Source: Antedon mediterranea
Taxonomy: Eukaryota > Animalia > Echinodermata
Direction: 5' to 3'
Assembly (NCBI RefSeq): GCF_964355755.1
Contig: NC_092680.1
Location: 19,911,045-19,975,044 of the forward strand
Length of the DNA: 64,000 bases
The translations under genes and the position numbers were made by a program. The notes beneath the pieces were generated by a model that was not told the origin of the DNA, made no database searches, and saw only the letters and a program-made list of their open reading frames with translations. Shown one piece after another: positions 52,756 through 64,000 of the stretch (within the stretch, counting starts at the first letter, position 1; each line of letters starts with the position of its first letter).

Positions 52756-54322
52756 TATTTACTGTTTAAATAATAATAATAATAATAATAATAATACAAA
52801 CAAATTAAAACCATTAATGGTAAATCTTTCAATTAGACTGCAATACTTCTGGAAGTCTCCTCTACAATAGAAATCATAAACCTCAGATAAAAAATTGTAT
52901 ATCGTAAAACATAAAAGCTAAAATAAGCCAAAGAAATGTCAAATACATAAAAAAGGAAAAGAAATTCGTAGATGTTTAACTGCTGTAAAAAATATGCTTG
53001 ATGGACGAACTCTAGCTTGCCATACGTTTTTTAAAATGGATTTAACATCGTAAAGATTGATGATCTAGGCTAAATCGTCGACACTGTTATACTATTTTTG
53101 TCATATTAAAAAAAAAAATAATAATCCAAAAAAGTTACAATTCAACTGTCGGTATTATCTACATCTCCCGTCTTTATTCATGTTTTATACATTTGAACAC
53201 ATGCAAGTCCCTCACGTTCAATTAAATCGAACAACGATGTTTACAACCACTTGAAATCACATAAGAGTTATAATTAAAATATGTCATCTTGTACTGACTT
53301 GATTAAATTAGGCCCAATTGAATGTGTTATCCGAATCGTTATCTTGTCTATAATATTGATTGATGATTAAAGCTAATTATTAATGGTATGTAATAAAGTC
53401 AAGTTGGTGTCATAATCAGGCAAACGTGCTTTGAAAGTAATGAATTAATTAAAAATACATGCTCAACAATCAACCCTTTTTCTATTTTTAGATTACAGGT
53501 ATCTGAGATTGGTTAAATATAGTAAGAAGTGGTTTGATTTTAAAAATAACAGAAAGCATTTTTTACTAATAAATTGAGCATAGGTACATGGACCTATACG
53601 TTCATGGGTACAGTAATTATAATAGGGAGACATGGTTTAGTTGAGTTAAAAACTAGTAAAACACAAAATAGACCACAATGACGATGCCAATATCGCCGTG
53701 ATAGTAACAAGAGTTGATAATAAAAGCAGTGAAGACAAAGAGTCGAATTAGGCGATTATCAAATTAGTAACAAAGGTGACGATGACAATGTCGACGAAAA
53801 GATGATGATGTTGATGACTCACCAAGATGACGATGACGATAATAACAATGTTGCATTATGGGTTCGAAGAAATAGATAAACAAACAAATTATCATTTATT
53901 CTGACTTATATAATACAAAACTAGCTATTTCATTAATTATTATTATTCATTACATATTTACGCTTCGGTATTATATCCAAGGCAAGCAATTCCATTAATA
54001 TTGTAATAAATAACTAATAATTACTTTTCGTATATGTTGCTGTGACATGACATTGGATTATAACTCAACGATTAAGAACGAAAACGATTGTACTATAACT
54101 TGATAAATGTATACAGCTGGACCATTGTTTGTGAGTGTATCACATGAATAATCTATTTTATGCTAAATATTTGATCTGTTATGATTATTCTTGAATCAAT
54201 AAATATATTACCGATTACAAAATTGAAAGGATACATATCAAAGAACATTTTTACATATGTTTTCACAGTCATAACAGATGTTACATTTTTGTAAAATCAT
54301 ACAAAGTGTGTGTGATACATAC

Positions 54323-54880
54323 CCTGGCATACGATGACGAATTCGGTTTCTCCATTAAGTCCCAAATTCTTCTCCTCTTTTTGGCAAAACATCCAGTACC
54401 GAAGTTCTCACGATTTCTCTCCATTAAACTATCATTCATCCTCTTTCTTTCATTCAATATCTGTTCTTTCTTTTGAAAATACTTGTGTTGACAACAGTCT
54501 TCTAAGTACAACTCATCTATACCCCAATATTCTAAGTCATCACCAAAAGAAATCGGGCAAATATCCTCTATCATATGCAGTTTTCCGGTACGATAGAAAT
54601 TAATAATAGCACTAAATGTTATCGGATGACGATCGAAATAGTATTCATTTGACGACAGTATATAATCGTCGCATAAAGCCATTATAGTTTCGTGGTTTTC
54701 GCATTCTTTAAGCCGGCCTAGCCGTGATCGTGGCAGGCGTCGAAGCGTATGCCACAACACCTCATGCTTTACCCCACCGACATTTATTATCACGCGTTTT
54801 GCACGAGTCCGTTGCTGAACAATAGTTCCACCGGCCGTGTTAAGATGGCAGTGAGAGGAATGTGCCTCCCCCTGGTGCAT
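54323..54880 (-). CDS. KCNB: Kv2/Shab coding exon 1 (N-terminus, T1/BTB tetramerisation domain)
   Basis: RVIINVGGVKHEVLW..LPRSRLGRL..LCDDY..EYYFDRHP..FYRTGKLH..YWGIDELYLEDCC..WDLMEKPNSS, including the Kv2-type CDD motif. First in-frame ATG at 54880; the start is less certain than the donor. Confidence 0.93.
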
Positions 54881-57800
54881 AGTGAAGATGTGGTTACTAG
54901 TAGTCACACTGTAGATAAATGTATTTATCAACACACCAATGTACAAAGACAACACCTATCAGCAAAACAATTTAACTGAAATGTAGAAAGTACAAAATTT
55001 CGTGTAACACAATTATAATTACAATTCTAGAAATTATTTGTTTATTAGTTTTAAATCCTATTTTTTAAAGTATGTAAATTTATATAATAATTGAGTACCA
55101 TCACTTGCTGGAACATGGTTACAGTTTCTTGAAGATAATGTCATGAACGAACATCTTTTGTTATGTCACTTTATTTAAGTTAATTTAGATAACTTCAGAA
55201 AATAATATATAACCGCACTGTAATACCTTTTGCTTTGCACCTATATCACAGCACTACCGTATCATATGACTATTATTTATAAATCTTATTGTACTAACAG
55301 CCCTAATGACTTCGCATGGTAATATTAACAGTTATTCTGCATCAACACAGTTAATATGCTAATGCAATCATGTATGCAACCAGGCAAATTATTATGAAAT
55401 AATTGCATTATATATCTCACCTGGAATGTGTTTAAGAAAATTTAGCAAATCTTGAGGTTAAACAATATCCACATAAGAAGTTGATACCTGATGATGTGCC
55501 AGGGAATGATCAGCAAATGTAGGTATAAAATAATAAGAATCGAAGCAAGTTAACGTGTATAAAATATATTCAGGTAAACATGCATCACCCGCGGCCGTAT
55601 ACTTTCGTAACCAGACTATTCACACAAGATTTTATGGACAATTCATATAGACCAGTGTTCAGATGGACAGTATGAATCAGAAATGTAAATATAATCGTTA
55701 CCAATCGATACACGTTGCAAAGTTGTTCCCATCTTTATCATAAGTATAAACTGTTGCAGAAGACGAAAACAAATCAATTCCCACACACAACTAACGCGTT
55801 TTTCTTCAGACGTAAATAAGAATACTGGTATTTGCAGGTGACACAAAGATAATGGCTTTCCTGTGTAGTAGTGATAACATTCACCGCTGAAATGTACTCT
55901 TCTTTACCTCTAAACGAATTCACGTTTAATTGCCATTTCACATTAACAGCCGTCGGTTTCTCTCCATATCCACTGATACGACTGTCAATGGCAACCGTAG
56001 GCTAGCTGTTGCTTTATTACCAGCTTGTATAATCATAATGTTATGTTGAGCAGATATAGGCAGTTGCGCGTTGGAGCGTCGCTTAACGTGAATACCTAAT
56101 GATCACCTTTTGTTGAATCTGAAGTCTGGCTTAATTCGCCAAAACACTTGTAATTTGGCTTGTTACAACATAGCTAATGGAAATAATATAGATAAAAGGC
56201 TCGATTTTATATAAATGGACAAGCTATCATCTCATTTTCGACAAAAGTGATGAGTATTGATAGATGTATTAACGATATCTCCAACAGCGCTGTTATTATC
56301 AATCCTTTGACAATACCAATCGGCGGTATAAGAACTATCAAATCGCAGAAACAAGAGAATTACTATAATCATATCAAAATCAATGTTATCTTTACTTTTC
56401 CCGACATAAAATGTGATGACTGTATTGATTCAGAATTTCGGCTCAGAATCACATTAGGCCTAAATAACAATTTCTCAAAGTAAACCATATTTATAATTCA
56501 TATTTTTAATTATTTAAATTTACTTCTTCATTGGAATAGGTCTTGCTTTCAGTCTACGCGGACGGTACTCACAATAAAATATTATATAAACTAAATGAAA
56601 GAATGATATTTTTTAAATATTTCTTAACTTAGAAACATTTTACATAATCTTAACGTATAATTAAACTGAACAAAGTGAGGTTGCCATCCACTTTGGATCC
56701 TATCTGTTCAGAGCACTTCTTACAACCAACCGAATCTACCTAAACATTTTAACTGATAAATACATCAATATTAAGGCAGGTCATCCGTTAAACTTAAAAA
56801 AAGTAAAAACAAAACAATATCGATTAACAGCAAAGTTACTATAATAACACATATTTTATCAGTGTTTTAGTAAATAATCGAATTATCATTAATGCTGTGT
56901 TCTCACAACTTAAGAATCATAAACACTATATTTTCATTATCGACTAATAGCTTATATTCCTCATCTGAATGCGTTAGCCAGATCAATTCTCCATATCGCC
57001 CTGTTTTCAGAAGATTTAATTTCATAGTCATGAACAGTGTCATGGTAGAACTGAGCATTAATAGATGAAACCTAATATTATACTGAATAATGTCAATCAC
57101 CGTCTACCGGCATTTAATGGAGCTATGACTGCGCAAGGTAATATTTTAAAAGTCGTTAGTTTACTTTACTGCGCATACTCGATCGTTTTAATGAGATGAG
57201 ACTTTAAATTTAAAAAACTATGGAATTATATCACATAATAATCTTTAATTCCTTATAGCATAAGAGAAGTTAAGATTTGATCATTTAAAATACAATTATT
57301 TTCATTGATTATTATTATTGTTGTTGTATATGTTATCACCGTTTCTATTCCTTGTGTGGATATGACTGCGAATTACAGAAATAAAGGCCATGGAGAGGTT
57401 TCGTTCCCAGCTGTAGAAACAAATGTTTAACTCGGCTGACGAGTGAAAAGTCATTCTGCGCATGTTCAGTCAAAAAGGGTATTTTTTGCTGACAAATCAG
57501 AAGATTTCAAGTACTACAACTTAATGTTTCTGTTACAACTAAATGAGCTGATTATATAATTTCTATCATTTCAGATAATTTCTAAAAAACATGTTAAATA
57601 TTCTTTAAAATCATTTAAAACGATATGGTTAAAACTACAAATACAAAATATAAAAATTATGATTTTACCAAATGTAGATTTTATAAATGTTCATCATTAC
57701 CTCATCAAGTTGGGCACAAAAGATTCCTCTACAATATATTTTTACATACCTCTGCTAATTATTTTTTCTCATAGTGCACAGAGTTTGTTCATTTAGATTG

Positions 57801-58054
57801 CGTTTTTAATGATGGAATTTGTAACCGTTTTAGCTGTATGTATTTGGTCACAAAAGAACAATACCAAGGAGTCATAAGAACAGACTAAAATCCAAAAAAA
57901 GATTCTGCAATAACTTCCAAAAACCAGTAGAATGATACTTGCTAAACCCCAATAAAACAATACATAAAATCAATCATGCATGTCGTCTTTGTCAAAGCAA
58001 GCTCAAATATTAAAATTTATATATTTGGAATTGGTATTTGTACACATAGTCTAA

Positions 58055-58186
58055 AGCTCTGTCTACAATATCAAACTTTATGTGACCAAAATGTGATGTG
58101 CCCATTATATGGCCATGGTGATGTCATATCACTGCCATATTTGGGCACATCACACTTTTTTTTCAAAGTAGTTTGATAGTGTACAC
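58055..58186. mobile_element. MITE family A copy
   Basis: AGCTCTGTCTACAATATCAAAC..GTTTGATAGTGTACAC. Confidence 0.78.
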
Positions 58187-58639
58187 ATAGTCTAAGGTAG
58201 GGAACATTAATATAATTATGGACATCATTTCCTTTAGAATCCCAACGTAAAACATCTATACCCTGACATCTGTCACTAACTATATACAAATGGAATATTT
58301 TACTGCCTTTAATGATTGTTCAATTACATTATTGATCAAATACTTAGAACAGTTTTGTAGTTAATTTAATTTTAAATATTAATTCATCAATGGTTATGAA
58401 TTTCAAATCGTAACTCAAAATTGGCATCATCGATATTATTATTATTTATATTATAGAAATAAAATTATAAAGACATATAATACTAAAACAAAACTACGAG
58501 ATAAATTGTTTAAATTAGTTTATTTTGGTATTGAAAGCATGTTGGTAACAACATATTCTGACCAACATAAATAGAGATTTGTTCACGAGGCAAACTATCA
58601 GGACATGTGTGATAACTTGAATGTTTAATTTAGTTCATT

Positions 58640-58675
58640 CATAGAGATATTATAGTGAACTATAATATCTCTATG
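58640..58675. mobile_element. 36-bp palindromic transposon remnant (P-superfamily footprint-like) with 7-bp TSD
   Basis: GTTCATT | CATAGAGATATTATAGT-GA-ACTATAATATCTCTATG | GTTCATT. Confidence 0.7.
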
Positions 58676-60879
58676 GTTCATTCTGCTATTCAGAGCATGA
58701 TGGTAACAAAATGTATATCTTAGCCAATAACAGATTATAGTTTACCTGTGATATATCTAAGAATGTATAATTTAGAGTTCAGACTCATACAGGTTTTCAG
58801 CAGCGTATACTTTATGAACACATGTTAATTAAAATAAGTGTTTTATCCTAATAATGCACTACTCCATTTTGTTGGCAGAGTTTGATGGAGTTAAACAAAT
58901 ATATATCTATTATTAGAATTGTTATCGAATGTACCAACAACAGATTTCCTTTCCTTTGTTACAGACAGCACAAGACACCCATGCATTAATCAATTTATCA
59001 TTACAATACAAGTACTTGCTAATATTCCGTAATCATATGACGTCATGATGACGTCATTGATTCTTTGATAAGCCGATCTTAGAAAATCTTTACAGGATCG
59101 GATAAAAATGATATTTTTCAGAAAATCTGAAAAAATTAAAAATATTGTTGGTCATTTTATCCATTACATTATTAGGCCTATTCGATTACCATGTTATTTA
59201 TTTGTTATTGTCGTTATATTACTGTTGGTTAAACATATAAAGAAGATGAGTAAAAGGTGAATTTGCCATTATATGCCTAACTCTGAGGTTGAGCGTTATT
59301 TCATGTCATTTTGATGAAATGACATAAACAGGTCATAGTTATTATTATTAATAAGCAACTAGGTTGTAAGGCAATACAGACAGTATTATTAGAAAAGCTA
59401 TATTTCCACTGAGATTAGCTATGAATGAATGTTTTCTCAATAATGGTATCAAGGGGTTTTCATTCACACTTCAAAAAGGATTCACTTTAAAGTCTTTGAA
59501 ATTAAAATGTACGATTTACTATTATCATCCAACTTTTCCTGATTCACCAATAGTTTTCAGTGATAAATAAAAAAAAAGGTCATTGAAAAAACAACGGGGA
59601 AAAAAAATAAAGACACAAACACATTCATTCACCACTCTCCCAGTTAGTGACAAAGAAGAAAAAATATCAGATACGACAAGAACATAAACTAACTTACTCC
59701 GTTTTCTCTCGAATTGCCATTGTATTATTTTAGCTGAATTGTAATTGGATAATTTATCAAATATTTGTCAATTACCAAAATGAACTCTGTATCAGTAATT
59801 TACCAACGTCAACTTATTGGCGCTTGCTGACGCAATCTACTCCGAGTTGCCGAGTGTAGAATACGTTAAAAGGTCACACAAATGCACTATTAAAATAGTT
59901 AATCGCTGTATTGAGATTTGCTTTTAATATTAAAAAGTCTCATATTGGTAACCAATCGTCGAAAAAGTTTATTTTTGTTAAAGGAAGGCTTATTGCGTTG
60001 TAATTATTTCAATAAAAATGAATAAGATTTCATAACAAATTGTCTATTGCCTGATCGTGCTAAAATTGCATTCAGTTAAAAGGTTAGGGAAATAAAAATG
60101 TAAACCATTTTTTCCCGAAATCTAAAAAAAAAAGGGCACTAAATATTATGTACTATACTATAATAATTATACATATAACAGTGTCCCTGCTTATGCTACT
60201 TATATGAAAATCAATAGAGCATAAAGCAAGACATTTGACCTACTCTAACTTGAGAGTAATTTTACTAACTTTAGTTGTATATACATAGCATTGCGTCCTA
60301 ATAAGTGAGTGCCAAGTAAGTCTAATAAACAAGGCCTCATGACGATTTCATCTTCTAAGCTTTTAATGAAATTCATTTTCTGGAAACCGTTTAAAAGGGT
60401 AGATATGAGATATGTGATGGGAGTATATATCCATGGGTGGATTACAGGTTGCCTGTGTTTGATTCGTCAGCGCGTTAGCATATTATACGATTTGCATTGT
60501 AGCAAATTGACCTATTTGGCCAGGTCAGTCTCCGCAACAACTTTAAAGGTCATATCTTTTCTAGATGTACGCCAACTGCATTTTGTATTTCATATATGCA
60601 CGCGATGATTGGACAGGATTAAAGGGATTAAACTCTAATATACATAATGTTGACCGATGTAGAGATGATGGATTAGGAAAAAAGAAAAACTAATTTTCAT
60701 CATTCTACCCCGCTGTCAAAGCAGACGCCATGCTAATTATTTACCGCAAAAGTAGTCTTCATTTTTTTTATTAAGTAGATTTTTTTAATTAAAAAAAATA
60801 TTTAATGCACATTATTACCTTACTGGAATATATTATTTATTTTATATTATAAAAATGTTACACAATTTAACGTCATAAC

Positions 60880-61072
60880 TACCTTGATTTCATGGTATGC
60901 TCAGAAACTTTAACATCAAATTAATGTTTATCTACTCACACCCCAACAACCGTGATATAAGACACAAGGCCATATACAAGGCTAAAGTTGCGTGCTTAAA
61001 TTTGAGTTTACCGACCGACCGACCGACCGACATAATGAGCTGTAGACTCGCGTTTGCACGCGACTAAAAAAA
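60880..61072 (+). mobile_element. Helentron/HINE-like non-autonomous element end
   Basis: (ACCG)n microsatellite at 61010-61031, subterminal hairpin TCGCGT-TTGC-ACGCGA, then an A-run; 5' boundary approximate. Confidence 0.55.
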
Positions 61073-62346
61073 GGCCATTTTTAACTTATGCTAATTAAAG
61101 CACTTCCTGGTAAACATTGGATAATATGATGTTCACTTGGATTACTTAGCAGATAATTGCAATTCCATTTCTAGGTTCCGTTATACTTTTACTAAACTTA
61201 GCGATCAAATTGTGAATACAGCATAAATGGAAGGTGGCATGCACCAGCCATACTTTCCAAATTTGAAGATACCAGAATTTTCATTTGTAGAATGTTTAAA
61301 AAGGTCTAAAAAAAGAAAAATTGAAAGAAAGATAGAAAGAAAAATCTATATCATTGCCTTAATCATAATATGTTGTTTTTTTTAATTATCAGTTTTAATG
61401 GGAGATTAGATGTTAGGCTATTTCTTTGGATAAGATCTAGATTCGTATATATTCATACTAAATAGAATGAATCGGACATTGTTCATTGTTAAGTAGTTTA
61501 TGGTTCTGACGCTGCTGTGATAATTAACACGAGTGTAATAACCAGAGAATATCTAATGATAATTATGCGTGAACACATCCTTACACCTAGCCTACTACTA
61601 TAACAGTGTATACCTAATACATAGAGTGTATGCAATAACACAGTGCGTCAAACATACAAAGACGTGCGCAACAATTGTTTTGTTGAATTTTTAAACCTGA
61701 AGCGTCTGCAGTTCATCTATTGTTTGAAATTACAAGTCCGATAGTTTGCAGTAAAATTTACTTAGATTCAATTTTTAAATCAATTCAATTCAATTCAAAA
61801 AACATTTATTTACGTCCAAAAGTAACAAAAACAATAATGACAAGAGATAATTTAGAAAAAGGACGAATGCAGGATCTAAAAAAAAAATTAGAATCTTGTG
61901 GCGGGATTGCCTTTACAAATTAACTAAAAAGAGATATGAAAAAAATAAAATATTAATTAATATATTAATTAAAAATACTGTATATAATACCAGAATAAAA
62001 GTTGAAAAAATAAAGTAAACATTATCATAACATTCTTTCTATTGCTATGAAGAAGCTATCAATTTCATTGTAAAAATAGACAAATCGTTTTCATTGGGTG
62101 TATGTAGTGACATTTCTTCACTATCAATATAAACTAGAAAAATTGCCATATTACATGTCTTAATATATTGGATAGACTAAAAATACCATCGAATATTCGG
62201 TTAAACCTAATAATATATATACCATTAAATTAATTTCCTTCGGCCAGACCTAATTAAAATGCAATGAATGACCGTTAGACTCAATAGCTGCGTAGTGCGT
62301 TGTGAACACAAATGTCGATAGATTGTTTTTCATTTCGGTAATGACA

Positions 62347-62511
62347 ATCCTCTTTTTCTTCCTTCTTTGCTTCTTCTTTCTTCTCTTCTCCTTCTCCGCC
62401 TGCAGCAGCTGGAGCAGCAGCCACAACAAAGGCAGACGGATCTGCCAAATATGCTTTTGCAGATTCAGCTTCCTTGAACTCGATCTCAGTTGCACAAGCA
62501 ATGGCAAGGAA
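62347..62511 (-). pseudogene. RPLP0: Fragment of 60S acidic ribosomal protein P0 (C-terminal part)
   Basis: LAIACATEIEFKEAESAKAYLADPSAFVVAAAPAAAGG..EEAKKEE; lacks the N-terminal part and the terminal DMGFGLFD. Confidence 0.85.
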
Positions 62512-64000
62512 ATCCAAGCTTAGATGTTTGCTAACATACAGACCTATTCCAAGTGACACAATGGTAAATAAATATAATATACAGGTACATAGGATTTGAT
62601 TTTGATGACACACTTACACATGACCTTTGACACTGCTACATGACGGCTGTAACATGGTAAACAAATACAGAGTCGATAATACAGAGTAATATTTTATTTA
62701 ATTACAATCAATTTCTTATTTTACATAATATAAACAGAATTGATGGCATACAAATAAATTAGTAAAAAATAAAATAAAATCATTGTTAAGTAACAACATG
62801 AAACGTTTACACAAAAGGTAAACATAACGCGTATTATAGTATTTCATCTAATATTTATTGTTGAACTAAAAAATACAAATGTTTGTATCAACTCTCCATT
62901 TGCAACAATCATTATATAAAAATATAACAGAATAATTCAAATTGTATAATATTGTTTATGTATTATTTGATTTCCTTGGTTTTGTCTACAGTATTTATAA
63001 ATCTATCTTTAAATTCAAATTTTCTCCCGAAAAACTACACTCTAATTATTAATTGATTAAAATAAGTGAGTATCTTGAATCTCAATTGAGTGGCTTGTTT
63101 TTGGTGTGTTAGCGATGTTACATATTCTGGGTTCCTATATAATTAATTTTTAAAAAATTTTTGTTTTCCTATGTATATTTTTTCAAATTTCAAGCGCCGT
63201 CCATACTGGCGATTGACTACCACCTCGTTACCGTTTTCCTCCAAGCAGGTGTGTTTTGAGCAAGACGCTTGACTTGCCCTAAATTCAACCCTGTCCATTT
63301 TTTGATGCTATTAACCATCATAGATATGCCTGTATAGCACTGCTATCAATGAAAAATCACTTTATACATTTATTTTAGTAATTCAAACGTGGCCTTGCGC
63401 TATAAAAAACTTGTTTATTAGCGTCATACTATGAAAAATAGTATAGTACCGTAAAATCTCGAAAAGAAGCCCTTGTTTTCCAACGAATAAATATACAATC
63501 AATTTGAAATAAACGAGGGAGTGGTTAACCAAGTAAATCACAAAATACATTGTATGTGAATCGAATAAAAGGTACGTAGAAATGAATTTAAAGCAAAATA
63601 AATGTGCGTAGAATTTAAAGCAAATGTTATTAAATGCGAGAGGCAAAAGAAATAAAACATCATTATCATTTGACAATATTTAAATCATTTCTCTCAATTT
63701 AAAAAAATATATTTACGATCAAAGACAACTCGTTTCTTTATAAGTGTAGTTAATTATGATTTGTATTACTCACATCTTTCAATACTATAATCAATTATTA
63801 TTATTATTATGATATCATTTATATTACGGGCAATAAGATGACGGTAAAAAGAAAAACTATTTTCATAAATTTAATCACATAACGTCATGATCAGTACTAC
63901 GAACAATAACATTGATTAACACTTTTCTAATTTCTTCTGCTTTCTGTAGACAAATTGTATATATTAATCTATCAATTGTTCATATCGTATGAACGGGCCT

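Larger units (their letters stand above)
36382..54880 (-). other. KCNB: Kv2/Shab voltage-gated K+ channel gene span; CDS join(54323..54880, 36382..38592), ~922 aa; intron 38593-54322
   Basis: The T1-domain exon and the S1-S6 exon join in phase 0 (KPNSSSYAR|[21 protein letters not shown]) through a GTATGT donor at 54322 and a TTTCAG acceptor at 38593. Confidence 0.95.

Noticed and set aside
59692-59850. Possible non-coding first exon of Kv2 (GTAAGT donor at 59697)
   Set aside because: A single donor hexamer cannot define an exon without transcript data.

Overview
AT-rich (roughly 30-33% GC by eye) animal genomic DNA. The repeat landscape and 5S/tRNA sequences fit a marine invertebrate, possibly an echinoderm-like deuterostome (inference, not established). 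Two intact protein-coding genes lie in tandem on the minus strand. (1) A Kv2/Shab (KCNB-family) potassium channel with two coding exons (54323-54880 and 36382-38592, ~922 aa) split by a 15.7-kb intron. (2) An 11-exon DEG/ENaC channel (28954 to 19802, ~615 aa, or 570 aa from a second ATG), reconstructed by hand with consistent GT-AG sites and phases. The rest is non-coding DNA dense in small mobile elements: Harbinger-type MITEs, TTAA-flanked Kolobok-like elements, Helentron-like fragments, tRNA-derived SINEs, RTE fragments, two degenerate tRNA-Val copies and an RPLP0 fragment. Most notable: a composite 5S-rRNA + tRNA + CORE-like + LINE-tail SINE inside a long-TIR MITE next to the Kv2 exon 2 acceptor; a 36-bp palindrome with the geometry of a P-element excision footprint; a Penelope-type minimal hammerhead ribozyme; an atypical DEG/ENaC TM2; and strong enrichment of the palindrome TAGGCCTA. 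No CRISPR or prokaryotic system is evident.
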